64,000 nt of DNA, taken from contig JAWMAR010000531.1 of the NCBI GenBank assembly GCA_036785375.1, positions 806,001 through 870,000 of the forward strand. The letters run 5' to 3'. The position numbers and the translations under genes were made by a program. Under the pieces are notes generated by a model, which saw only the letters and a list, made by a program, of their open reading frames with translations, made no database searches and had not been told where the DNA came from. The stretch comes from Leucoraja ocellata. Taxonomy: Eukaryota. Below are positions 50,469 to 63,554 of the stretch, piece after piece. Position 1 is the first letter of the stretch, and each line of letters opens with the position of its first letter.

Positions 50469-53400
50469 AGTAGGTTTAAGGTGAGAGATGAATGATTTAA
50501 TAGGAACCCGAGGCGCAGCATTTTCGCACAGAGATTGGTATGTGGAACGAGCTGCCACAAGAGGTAGTTCAAACAGGTACTATAACAATATTTAATACAC
50601 ATTTGGACACGTACATTAATAGGAAAGGTTTAGAGGGATACGGGCTTCGTATCTTCGAGTAACCTTTCATCCTGCATGATGTGGCGCTGCATTCGACGAT
50701 GTTCTGTGGTCCCTGCAGTTATCTTGCTCTTAGATGCTGAACCAATCCAAAAATAGTGACATCATCTGCAGCACCTTTGGGATATTTACAGTTCTTGTCA
50801 TTTATGGGGAGGCAAATGCAAACTGCTTGATGTGTAAATGCTGGTATTGCCCAAATGTTCGTCTCTGTGCCGTGCAGTCTTACAACATTAGGTGGCAGCA
50901 TTGCATCGGCTATGAAATAATGTTCATTGATTGCGGAGATGGGACAAATGGTCAATTATCACTGTCTGGTCAAGTCAAGTCACATTTATTGATATAGCAC
51001 ATTTAAAAAAAACTCTCGTTGGCCAAAGTGCTTTACATTTGTTATAAGAATAGCACAACAAAACAAAACAAAACAAAACAAACTACATACATACATGTAG
51101 CAATATTACGATAATGTGTAAGCCCATAAACCCATCTAATGCCTACTCATTTGGCGATTATGGGTGTGGATGCGAATATACTAATTGAGGAGCGGCTTTA
51201 ACCTTTGACACATGACAGTAAAAAAGACGGAGGCAATAAAGTTACTGAATGCTCAATTGCACTTGGAGAAACAAACACAAAATATGTTTCCTCTTATGTG
51301 CAATTTATAGTGACATAGTTTAAAAAAAAAGAGTTTGGATAAAATAACATACAAGCAGCTCGCACTGAGTAAAGGCGGTAATAGAAATCGACCTTTTGAT
51401 ATCTTTGCTTTTGACCGCGTGGGCAGAAGATACTGATGCAGTCTCCGATTATAACGGTAGATGGCGCTGCCGTACCTTACATCTGTGATGAAGCTCAACG
51501 CGGCCAATTCTGAAATGGGTCAAACGCAATATTGTGTCTGGGGTCACGTACAGGCCAGTCCAGCAATAATTGGATTATTTTCCCCTTGAAGGATATATTT
51601 GGGATCCAGTTGTATTGTAATAATCAATCATACACCATGAACATCAAAAAAAGCGAAGGAGCTGATCATGGACTTTAGGAGGGCACATCATCCGAGGACG
51701 TACACTCCATTGAGGATAAATGGGGATCCTGTGGATAGGGTGAACTGTTTTAAATATCTGGGAGTCCACATCTCCGAGGATATGACATGGGCATCACACG
51801 CCTCAGCACTCGTGAGTAAGGCAAGGCAGCGCCTTTACCACCTCAGGCAATTGAGGAAATTCAGAGTGTCTCCGAGGATCCTCCAGTGCTTCTACGCAGC
51901 GGCGGTGGAAAGCATCTTGTCCGGGAACATTACCATCTGGTTTGGGAATTGCTCTGCCAAGGACAAGAAGGCTCTGCAGAGAGTAGTGCGTTCGGCCGAA
52001 CGCACTATGGGAACTTAACTTGCCCCCCTGCAGGAACTATACACCAGGAGGTGCAACTCCAGAGCCAACAATATCAGGAGAGACCCCTTCCACCCCTGCA
52101 ACGGACTGTTCCAGCTGCTACGGTCAGGCAAACGCCTCCGTTGCCATGCGGTGAGAACGGAGAGGTTGAGAAGGAGTTTCTTCCCAGAGGCCATTCGGAC
52201 TGTAAACGCCTATCTCACCAGGGACTAATTCTACTGAACGTTTTTCCTTCCATTATTTATTATGTAAAAGAATATGTGTGTTATGATAGTGTTTATAGTT
52301 TGTTTGGTTGTTTGTCTTTTGCACAAAAGTCCGCGAGCATTGCCACTTTCATTTCACTGCACATCTCGTATGTGTATGTGACAAATAAACTTGACTTGAC
52401 TTGACTTGTTTTTTTTTAAAGATTACAGACATTTAACAGAATTTATATTCCACATCTTCCCTGTTGAAATATGTCTGGTTATGTGGCCCAGGCCTCTGCG
52501 TTCGTAGTGATGTGATTTCGGTTTGAAACCATTGCTTATCTTCACTTCCTTCACCTTTGCAGGGAGCGAATAGGAGGAATCTTTCACTGCATAAAAATAT
52601 TCTTCTTTCACAGTTTTCTGATTCAGCCACGGTTTAACCAAAGCTTGAGAGGTAACCTCTCCGCTTACTCGATACTTCATTCTTTGAAACCCCACATATA
52701 TCGCAGGTTTTTGCTCACTACTCTGTCATATGCTGAGAGAATAGAGCATCTAGGCTTGTACACTCTGTAGTTTAGAAGGATGAGAGGATATCTCATTGAA
52801 ACATATGCGATTGTTAAGGGTTTGGACACGCGAGAGGCAAAAAAACAGCTTCCCGATGTTGGAGGAGTCCAGAACCAGGGACCACAGTTTAAGAATAAGG
52901 ACTAAGCCATTTAGAACGGAGAAGAGGAAATACTTTTTCTCACAGAGAGTGGTGAGTGTGGAATTCTCTGCCTCAGAGGGCGATGGAGGCAGGTTCTCTG
53001 GATGCTTTCAAGTGAGAGCTAGATAGGGCTCTTAAAAATAGCGGAGTCAGGGGATATGGGGAGAAGGCAGGAATGGGGTACTGATTGGGGATGATCAGCC
53101 ATTGAATGGCGGTGCTGGCGCGAAGGGCCGAATGGCCTCCTCCTGCATCTATTGTCTGTAGTCTATTGTCTACTCTCGCGATATATCTTTCTACCTTGGC
53201 AGATGTGTGCTCATGAACCCAAAGTCCCTCGGTTCCTGCGAACTTTGAACCCACATTGCCTCCCCCTCCCCCTCCCCTCCACACACGAGGCAAACTATAC
53301 AAGCTCATACTTCTCTGTGATAGATTTCATCCATCATTTACCTACTCATTCTCCTGTCATATTGAAGTTTGAAGTGGTCGCTGAATACTCTCTCCCTCTC

Positions 53401-53589
53401 CTGCGTGTAAGCCGATATTCCATCATGATTGTTGATGTGAATATATTGCTATTGGTACAGAACACAACTAGTTATGGGGATAGAGGAGAATTAAATCATT
53501 GGCCAAAATGCTCGTGCATACTGAATGTGAATAATGGGAATGTTACCTCCGGAAGAGACTTCCGGAGGTAACATTCCGGAGATGGAGAC

Positions 53590-54678
53590 ATTATACCATC
53601 AAAACTGATCACCAAACTCGGTAACCTGGGCATCGACCCCTCCCTCCGCAACTGGATACTGGACTTTCTAACCAACAGACCCCAGTCTGTGAGGTTAGAC
53701 AAGCACACCTCTTCAACCCTCACCCTGAACACCGGCGTTCCACAGGGCTGTGTGCTGAGCCCCCTCCTCTACTCCCTCTTCACCTATGACTGCACACCTG
53801 TACATGGTACTAACACCATCATCAAGTATGCAGATGATACAACGGTGATTGGCCTCATCAGCAACAACGACGAGCTGGCCTACAGGGAGGAGGTCCAGCA
53901 CTTAGCAGCATGGTGCGCTGACAACAACCTGGTCCTTAACTCCAAGAAGACCAAGGAGCTCATTGTAGACTTCAGGAAGTCCAGAGGCGGCACGCACACC
54001 CCCACCCACATTAACGGGACGGAAGTGGAACGTGTTTCTAGCTTCAGGTTCCTGGGAGTCAACATCTCCGATGACCTCTCTTGGACCCACAATACCTCTA
54101 CTCTGATCAAGAAGGCTCATCAGCGTCTCTTCTTCCTGAGGAGACTGAAGAAGGTCCATCTGTCTCCTCAGATCCGGGTGAACTTCTACCGCTGCACCAT
54201 CGAGAGCATCCTTACCAACTGCATCACAGTATGGTATGGCAACTGCTCTGTCTCCGACCGGAAGGCATTGCAGAGGGTGGTGAAAATTGCCCAACGCATC
54301 ACCGGTTCCTCACTCCCCTCCATTGAGTCTGTCCAAAGCAAGCGCTGTCTGCGGAGGGCGCTCAGCATCGCCAACGACTGCTCTCACCCCAACCATGGAC
54401 CGTTTACCCTCCTACCATCCGGGAGGCGCTACAGGTCTCTCCGTTGCCGAACCAGCAGGTCGAGGAACAGCTTCTTTCCGGCGGCTGTCACTTTACTCAA
54501 CAACGTACCTCGGTGACTGCCAATCACCCCCCCCCCCCCCACACTTATTATTATTTATTCAAATCGTTTGCTATGTCGCTCTTCCAGGGAGATGCTAAAT
54601 GCATTTCGTTGTCTCTGTACTGTACACTGACAATGACAATTAAAATTGAATCTGAATCTGAATCTGAATCTGAATCTG
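53590..54678 (+). mobile_element. Young Rex1/Babar-like LINE 3' part
   Basis: ORF 53689..54516: [40 protein letters not shown]; (gaatct)n tail. Confidence 0.92.
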
Positions 54679-56084
54679 AGACTTTAATATTTTTTTTGAC
54701 AAACATGAAGACAGTTGCAAACAGGATTTTGTACATTTGAGTGGGTTTTGGTCCCAGGATTTTAGCCCCAGGTTTTCCATCTATCCAATTTGCCAAGGTG
54801 TTGAGTGTCAATGAAAGTCATAAAGATTTAAACAACGACGCATGACATAAATAACTGAACATTGTTCTCTTAAAAGAAACAAACAGAAAATCCAATTACA
54901 ACTCATTTTAAACCGAGAACTCTTGTTTGCAGAAACATCGCAGGCACGTAGACTGTGACAGAAAATACACAGCAATAAATGATACATACATTATACATGT
55001 ACATCAGAAAGAAAGAAACAAGATTGCGATCAATAACATAATAATAAAAAAACACGTCGATAGTGTACAAGTTTTGGGGCATAGTGTCGCGTTACCGAGG
55101 CAGCATTTGGGGTACGTAGGTCCTTCCAAAATCTGGATAGTTGTAGGTAAGTAGCTGTTCTTAAACCGGGTGGTGTACTTTCTGTAGTAGATCTGTAAAT
55201 GTTTGTTGGAGTATTTGGAGACAAATAATTTTTTTTAATTCTTTGAAAGTCGAGGCATTGGCGCTCATTCGCTGATGCATTTGTTTGCTGGGCCCGGTGT
55301 TAATGCCTTGAATTAGTTATAATCAGTTATAACCCTCTCCACAACTACTCCACTAAAACAAACTGGCCTGGGGTCCCCGGACTTCCTCTTTCTGAAGTCA
55401 GCGACCAGTTCCGTCTTGTTGCTTTGGAGCGAAAGGTTGTTGTTCTGACACCACTCAACCAAGTGTTCCGTCTCTCTTCTCTATGTTGACGCAGCACCAT
55501 CAGTGATTCATCCAAATAGAATGGTGTTGGGGTGGATCAATAGATGACTTTGGAGCTGTGCTTCATTCCATGTGTGTACAGGAAGTAGAACAGGGTGTAA
55601 AGCCGCAGCCTTGAAATGCACTGTGTTGCTGGTCAATGGGGAGGAGATGATGTTCCCCATCCGCAATCGGTCACTTGAAGCTAATTCACCAAACAGTAAA
55701 ATGGTGACTAAACTGATTGTAACCTCTGATCTGCAGTCCCAGCCACCCCTGGTAACATATCACTACCCACCTTGTTTATTAGGAATATTTCTACCTTTGG
55801 AAAAAAATAAAGACTGCTTCTACCACATTTTCAGAAACGTAATTGATGAGGCTTTCTCCATTCTGAGAGATGTGTTTTGTTTCTTCAATTACATTTTGTA
55901 GTTTTTTTGACTGTGTGTAAACATTTTTGGGAATTGTGGCTCCAGCAGTGATCTATGAGGCACATCAGTTTTTGCATCTTTCCAACCAGAAATTAGCCGG
56001 TTTATGCGTTTTCTATGTTTCCAACTAATCACCCAATGTTCTGTTCTTCCGATTTCCATAAACACCAGCGCTCTCAGTAAAAAG

Positions 56085-57115
56085 GAGCAGGAGAAGACCA
56101 TTCGGCCCTTCGAGCTGCACCTCCATTCAATATGATCATGGCTGATAGTCCAAAATCAGTACCCCGTTCCTGCTTTCTCCCCTATCCCTTGATTCCGTCA
56201 GCCCTAAAATCTATATCTAACTCTCTCTTGAACATATCCAGTGAATGGCCTCCACTGCCTCCACTTGTATGGCAGAGAATACCACAGTCACAACTCTCTG
56301 GGTAAAAACGTGTTTCCGCATTTCAGTAAGGCCCTACCCCTTCTTTTTAAACTGCAACCCCTGGTTCTTGACTCCCCCAACATCGGGCATATATTCCCTG
56401 CATCTAGCGTATCCAACCTCTTAAGAATTTTATATGTTTCTATAAGAACCCTTCAAATCCTTCAAAATTCCAGTGCATATAAGCCCTGTCAATCATTTAT
56501 CAGTTCCACCATCCCGGGAATTAATCTCGTGAATTTACGTTGCACTCTTTCAATAGCAAGAATGTCCTTCTTCATATTAGGAGACCAAAACTGCACACAA
56601 TCCTCCAGGTGTGGTCTCACCAGGGCCCTGTACAACTGCAGTATGTCCTCCATGCTCCTGCACTCAAATCCTCTCGCTATGAAGGCCAACGTGTCATTTG
56701 CTTTCTTCACTGTCGACTGTACCTGCATGATTTATTTCTGTGACTGATGTTCAAGGACACCCAGGTCTCGTTGCACCACCCCCCCCCCTCCCCTTTCCCT
56801 AATCTGACACCATTCGATTATAATCTGCCTTCTTGTTTTTGCCCCCAAAGTGGATAACCGGATATTTATGCACAAAGTACTGCATAATCTTGTCCAGGTC
56901 ACCCTGCAGCCTCCTAGCATCCTCCTCGCAGCTAACACTGCCACTCAGCTTTGTGTGATCCGCAAACATGGAGATGTTACATTTAATTCCTTCATCATCG
57001 TCAATATATCTTGTAAATAACCGAGGTCCCATCACCGAGCCTTGTGGCACCCCACTTGTCACTGCCAGCCATTGTGAAAAGGACCCGTTAATTCCTATTC
57101 TTTGCTTCCTGTCTG
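56085..57115 (-). mobile_element. Degenerate CR1 LINE
   Basis: GVPQGSVMGP, FADHTKL, LVRPHLEDCVQFWSP in broken frames. Confidence 0.88.
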
Positions 57116-58464
57116 CCATACAAGTTCTTCATCCATATCAATGCCCTACCCCCAATGTTACCATATTATTTACCATATCAACCTTCGATTCATCACCTTA
57201 TCAAATGCCTCCTCGAAATTATATCTGCCTGGCATTGTACTTCTTCAAAGCCTTTGGTTAAATTGGTGAAACATCGTTCATGAATTCATAAATTGTAGGA
57301 GAATTAGGCCATTTGGCCCATCAATTCTACCTCGCAATCCTATCACGCTTGGTTTATCTTTTCTTCTCAACCCCATTCTCCTGACTTCTTCTCATAACCC
57401 TTAACACTGTTACTAATCAACAACCACTCAATCTCCACCTTAAAAATATCCATCGACTTGGCTCCCACAGCCTCCTGCGGCAACGAATTCCACAGATTCA
57501 CCACACACTGTCTAAATGAATTCCTCCCCATGTCCTTTCTAAATAGACGTGCTTTTATCCTGTTTTTGTATTTTATGCTTTGATCCTGTTTTTGTATTTT
57601 GTTTTTGTGTTCTGGCCCTCTCCAAAGAAATGCTTTCCTTACTACCGACTTGTAAATTAACTTCACCACCCTGCACCAGCACTCCCAAGCCCCTCTGCTC
57701 TCATTTCTAAATTATCTCTCTTTCTCAACAACATTTTGACTTTTGCGAGATAACCTGGATCATTTTGTCAGTGCCCTTTATATCGATTGGGTAACAGCTT
57801 GCAATATTTCTCCAGGACAGATGTGCAACCAACTGGCCTGCGGTGGACGACTTTCTGTCTCCCCTTCTGGATAAAAATGAATACCAAGGAACGTCCATGG
57901 TAGTTTTGAAATAAAAAAACCCAAAGCAATGAATTCAGCGCTGCAACGGAATGAATTAAGACTCCAGAATGCATTACAATACATCTTAACGCCCTGTCAG
58001 CCCGTGTCTCTATCGACTTCCTAATGATTGCAACTTTTGTGAGTTTGTTTCTTGCTTCCGTGTCTACAGCCGTTTCTGGGATGTTAAGTCCATGTTCTGT
58101 GGAGCAGACCGATGAAAAATTACCATTTAATTTATCTGTCATCTCCATGTTCCCCTTTAATTACACGGCTGCGAATTATTTGTAGGAAAAGGACAAATGT
58201 ATTATTTTATAACTATTTGGAAGCTTAAGGTGATTAGTGCAAAGTCTCTACAGTGCCACCATTCAACACAGCTGACACCGTTTACTCAGTAAATAAGAGC
58301 CTGCTCTCACACAACAGTTCCCGTCTGAGTCTCAGAGCTTCTCTCCCCCTCCCCCCGCCGCCGTTGAGTTCACCGTTGTCTGCTATTCTCCTCCCACTTA
58401 AAACAACATGAATATTTTTTTCACCCAAAGGGCTGGAGCTGCAGAAATATCATTTTACACCGAG

Positions 58465-58543
58465 CCAATAATTCAGCGAATAGATGTCACGTGGATAAAG
58501 ATTTGCATGAATAATTAATAATTAGTGACTGAAGACTTTAAAA
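58465..58543 (+). promoter_or_regulatory. Ig light-chain promoter: CCAAT, E-box, octamer, TATA-like
   Basis: CCAAT 58465-58469, CACGTG 58488-58493, perfect ATTTGCAT 58501-58508 (light-chain orientation), TTTAAAA 58537-58543, 65-140 nt upstream of the ATG. Confidence 0.85.
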
Positions 58544-58607
58544 GAGAAACTTGGAAAGGGCTCAAAACCGCGCTTGTGCAGCAAAATATTCCCTTATAAC
58601 CTTCAAC

Positions 58608-61600
58608 ATGGCTGTATGGGTTTGGGTTCTCGCCTTGGTGACCTGTTTCCACTGTGAGTAGAGCGCAGAATGATTAATGCTGTATCGTTTTACATTCTGC
58701 TGTGTTTTTTTTTCTAATGGTTCTGTATATTTATCTGTTATTTCTATCAGCTATAAACGCGGAGACTACCTTGACTCAGAGCCCGGCTATATCACAATCG
58801 CCGGGAACAACCGTCAAAATCACCTGTACACTGTCAGGGGGCAGCATCGGTAGCTTGTACACGAGCTGGTACTGGCAGAAGCCGGACAGCAGCCCTGTCT
58901 TCGTGTGGTATGGAAGCTCCACCAGAGGCACCGGAATTCCAGACCGATTCACGGGATCCGTGGTCTCATCCACGAACCAAATGCATTTAACCATCACCAA
59001 CGTGCAATCGGAGGACGCGGCCGATTATTACTGTGCTGCGTGGGACAACAGTAACTACAAATTCACCTTCGGGAGAGGAACCAAACTGAATCTAAGCAGT
59101 AAGTAAAGTATTCACGGTGTGAAACAACGAATCGTTGAACTTAGGTTTTGCTTTCCATCACAAATCCTCGGTAGAAATATCCTATTAGACCAAAGTAGAA
59201 CACAACGGGCCAGCCAGCATCTCCGGTAGACGTATAGATGGGCAATGTTTCGTGTCGGAATCTTTGCGAGACTTTCCCGAACGGAAATATCATCTTTCTT
59301 TGTGGACTAGAGATGCTGTCTGATCCGCTGGATTACTTCAGCACTTTGTGTTGTACTCAAGATGCCAACATTCGCGGTTCCCTGTTTCTCCTACGTGAAC
59401 TTGTTTTTTTTTTAATAATCCTTTACCTCCATCCCTACAATACTCCGGGAAATCTGCGCTCATTTATCCGTGGCGTCTTGATCATCGTGGAATTTAACGC
59501 CTTCACAGACTGACAGCTGTGCTTCAAATGCGAAGTTGTTAAATTCTGTAATGATCTGAAAGTCTATTTCCCACTTTCTTCCCTGATGTTCACGAAACCT
59601 GCTCCTATAACAGGAATACTGATTCTCTGATTTGAAGTATCCTCAAGTGGCGGGTTTCATATGAGACTGCTGCTATTGGTCACTTTGCTTCAATATAAGC
59701 GGAATGCAAACCAAAACTGTTGCCGTTACTTGAACAAATGTTTGGGAAATTATGAGATTTCATTAACTTACAGTATATTGTGGACACGGATAATACCAAC
59801 TCTGAGAGTGGGCCAAATAGAATCATTGGAAACATCCAAAGGAAAGTTAATAAACATTTGGCAAGGGATGTCGGTGAATTTAAATGGGATATTTTTGGAA
59901 TTGCAAATACCCATTAGGGCAAATTGCGCGAAGTTGATTTCTGATCGTTTTAATGATACCATGAGGGTGAAGTGGAGTTTAGACAGGTTTACACGCGCTC
60001 CCTACAACAGCGCTAAAACTAATTGTCAGGGAAAAGGTTAAAACCAAAATGTAAACGCTTCGCACGGCAGCATTTCAATTCCCTTTGCGCGAAAGCGTGG
60101 AGGATTGTTGCAAGTCTGAATCAGCTCCGAAATTAGACACAAGAGCAGAACCGGATTCTGGTTCATTCCTCGTTCAGCGAGCCATTGCCACCTTAGCTGA
60201 TCACATTTGTGTGGATGTGCCGTCAGACTCTTTGTACCCTTGACTCTTGTAGATCCTGCAAGGGATTTTGATGCTGGTTCTCCGATTGCCATCGAGTGTA
60301 TGATATAGCAGAAAACGCAGACTGTTCATTATGCTGTTAAACATGATCCCTCTGAGTGTTGATTTTTTTTACGGGCAGGCGGTTGGTAGACCGACATGTC
60401 AAAAAAGCTTCAAGGAGCGAGACATCATTTTGCCATTTTCGGATAAATTAATGCAGAAATGGGCACACGTGTATACGAGGTTATTGCTGAATTGCCTTGA
60501 ATCGTACGATTGGAAGGAAATAGTACAGCGTCTTTAAATTCAGCATTAGCTTGAAATGTTTTTTAAAGTCCGAATATGTTGGATGTTAAACCCAGAGCTG
60601 TCTGGACAAGTGTCAGATGGAATTTGAATCTGACCAATACATTTCTTTAGTTTTACCTTTCATTTTTCTGCCCGCCACCATCATTGAATGATGGACTTTC
60701 TGGACGATGTGGAAGATTCACTAATAAGTGACATTCTAAAGACTGTTCCGGGATAGAATTGGGATTACTATTTAAACAAGCATTAATTTGGAAATGCTGC
60801 TCATTCTGCCAGGATTAGTTGTATTTACATTTTTTCTGCCCGTTTCCATGATCTGTAGAAAATCGTATGTTATATGTTTCATCAAACCTCGGATATACCC
60901 CCATAAAAATTAACTTATCATGATTCTGCTGTATAAAATGAGGTTTATAAATGAACGGTAGTTGTAAAGCCAGTGCAGTACACGGCCATAGAGCCACGGA
61001 GTTATGCAGCGGTGGAACAGTCCTTCAGTCCACCTATTTCATGCCGACCGGGTTGCCCTACTTGAGCTGGTCCCATTTGCGCGTGTCAGGCCCATATCTC
61101 TTTGAACCTTTCTTATCCAAATATTAATTCAAATGTTTATTTAAATGGTGTTATTGTACCTGCCTCATCAACTTCTCTGGGGAACTCATTCCATGGAGTC
61201 AACGCATTATGTGAACAAATGTTGCCCTGAACCAAAGCCCTCTAATTCTTCATTCTCCTACTACGGGGAAATGATTCCGTGCGCCAACCCTATGTATTCC
61301 CCTCGCGATTTTGTAACCGCCATGCGATCACCCTAAGGTCTTCTACACTCCAAGGACTAACGTCCTCGCATATCCAATCTATGCCTATAGTTCAGGCGTT
61401 CGAAACCTGGCACCGTCGGCATATATCTTGCCTGGAGTCATTCCAGCTGAATCGATTCTGACTTTTCAATCAACTGATAAATAATTCATTTGTATTTATT
61501 TCAATTCTTTATTTCCAGGTCCGCGCTCCCCCACCGTTTCCATTCTGGCGCCATCAATGGGTGAAGTCACCGCAAAAAGTACCGCCACCCTGGTGTGTTT

Positions 61601-61841
61601 GGTGAGCGGGTTCAACCCGGGCGTTGTGGACATTAAGTGGACCGTGGACGGCAGTGCGAGAAGTGACGGCGCTGCGACCAGCCGGGTCCAGCAGGAGAAT
61701 GGCAACTCGTTCAGTGCGAGCAGTTACCTGACTCTGCCAGCCGCCTACTGGAACTCACACGAGCTTTACTCCTGTGTGGTTAAACACGAAACCCAGGCAA
61801 CCCCGATTAAGGCCAACATCGCCAGATCCAGTTGCCTCTAA
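58608..61841 (+). CDS. IGL: Immunoglobulin light chain, lambda (type II), germline-joined VJ cluster gene
   Basis: Leader exon 58608-58653 (MAVWVWVLALVTCFH|gtgagt), VJ exon 58751-59098, C exon 61519-61841; all junctions phase 1 and open. Confidence 0.95.
58751..59098 (+). CDS. IgL joined V-J exon
   Basis: ETTLTQSP...ITCTLSGGSIGSLYTSWYWQKP...GIPDRFTGSV...DAADYYCAAWDNSNYKFTFGRGTKLNLS; FGxG J motif contiguous with V and no RSS between them; WYWQKP...PVFVW is typical of shark lambda chains. Confidence 0.95.
61519..61841 (+). CDS. IgL constant (C1-set) exon
   Basis: atttccag| SPRSPTVSILAPS...ATLVCLVSGF.PG...W...YSCVVKHE...RSSCL*; penultimate Cys for the interchain bond. Confidence 0.95.
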
Positions 61842-62020
61842 TTCAAAGGATCAAATTCCCGATTTGCTCCATTTCTTTGTAAATTAATCCAATATTCAGA
61901 TATGGAATGTTCGCTTTAACAGGGTATTTGTTCAAACGCAGCACGTGTGCATTTTGTTGCCGTGAATGCGCTGTTGGTATTTTACGATGAACTGAAAAAC
62001 GATAATGTAACATTGAATGC

Positions 62021-62026
62021 AATAAA
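62021..62026 (+). terminator. IgL polyadenylation signal
   Basis: First AATAAA, 180 nt after the stop codon. Confidence 0.7.
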
Positions 62027-63554
62027 ACAGATTATTCTACTTACGATGCATCGTTGTAATTTTCTGTGCAAATGTCCTTGCCTTCAATAGAATAAAAACA
62101 ATAATGTCCGATGATGCCAGTGTGTAGAAACTGGCGTTTTGTGAAACTTTGTTATATTTCAAATACACTGCGGTTTCATGATTGATCGTAGATCCATGTG
62201 TTAGGACAGTTGAAGGGACCGCTTGCACATACCCCCCCCCCCCCCCCCCCCCCCCAGATTGAATAAATTAGGTGCAAACCAGTGTCTCCTATTTTGGATA
62301 TCCCAAAAATACGGAAGCGCAGTCTTGGCATTACGCTAATATGCTTGAAGTACCCAAATGTGTCCAATCGTTCCGCACTAAATATCACCATATATCAGTG
62401 ATTCTCCACTACGATGTCAATTTCCAGTAGTACAATAACAGGTTCGGGACGTGTGCTGTCTATTTTTGCCCCATCCCTTCCTGCACGGTTATCATTCACT
62501 CCTTTTCCCCCTTATTTTGTGGCTGATTTCATTTCTTGTTCCTTTTCACCCACAGCCTTTGCCAATTAACCCCCCGCCCCAATCTGCTAATCAACCCCAT
62601 CTCACATGTATCCACCGATCTATCACTTGGCCAGCTGTATCGCACCTCATATCTATTTTACACATTTACCTCCTCTGTTCCAGGGGCACGACCTGAAATG
62701 ATGCCTCGCCATTCTAATCAGCTGTTGCCTGACCCGGCGAGTCATGTGGAGTCCAATGGCGAAGCCCCGCGAGGCTTCCTTTACTTTTGATGGGCGACGG
62801 GTATTTTGGAAACACTGGTCAGCGTTTAGTGTTTCATCAACGCAGTATTCCTCAACCTCCATACGAGCTTGGATATTTGGCCCAGTAAGCTCCACGGCGC
62901 CACGTGGTTTATTTACAAGAGGTAGTTCAAACAGGTACTATAACAACATTTAATAAACATTTGGACAGGTACATTGATAGGAAAGGTTTAGAGGGATACG
63001 GGCCACCGCGGGCAGGTGGGAATTGTTGGGCCGATGGGCATTTCCCTACTGAATAACTCCTAGTGATACTTTAAAAAAATTAAAATAGGTGCAGGAGTAG
63101 GCCATTCGGCCCTTCGAGCCTGCACCGCCTTTCAATATGATCATGGCTGACACATGCTTGAGTCAAATAAACTTGACTTGACTTGACTTGACTTGCTTAC
63201 AGCGGATCTGCAGAAATGATCGGGACCTGTACAAAACGAAGCCCAGTTGGCAGAGGAATGCGGGGGCTGGTGGGCAGGAGAACTCATCTCTGTACCGTAA
63301 AATAAAGTTGTCTGGCTGCTCACAATAACACAAGATGTAGCTTCGAGTAAATGTTCATCCAGCATGAAGTGGCGCTGCATTCGACGATGTTCTGTGGTCC
63401 CTGCAGTTATCTTGCTCTTAGATGCTGAATCAATCCAAAAATATTGACATAATCTGCAGCACCTTTGGTATATTTACATTTCTTGTCATTTATGGGGAGG
63501 CAAATGTAAACTGCTTGATGTGAAAATGCTGGCATTGCCCAAGATGCCTATCAA

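Larger units (their letters stand above)
26900..53105. repeat. Tandem segmental duplication, copy B (~26.2 kb)
   Basis: Second copy of 2238-26899; homology ends at ...gatcagccattga (~53105), where the CR1 fragment continues intact. Confidence 0.93.

Noticed and set aside
59114-59152. CACGGTG heptamer-like motif just after the IgL J donor
   Set aside because: No correctly oriented nonamer at 12 or 23 nt; the position in the J-C intron does not fit an RSS
59268-59277. kappaB-like GAGACTTTCC in the IgL J-C intron
   Set aside because: Mismatch in the critical GGG and it lies among repeat-derived sequence; not enough to call an enhancer
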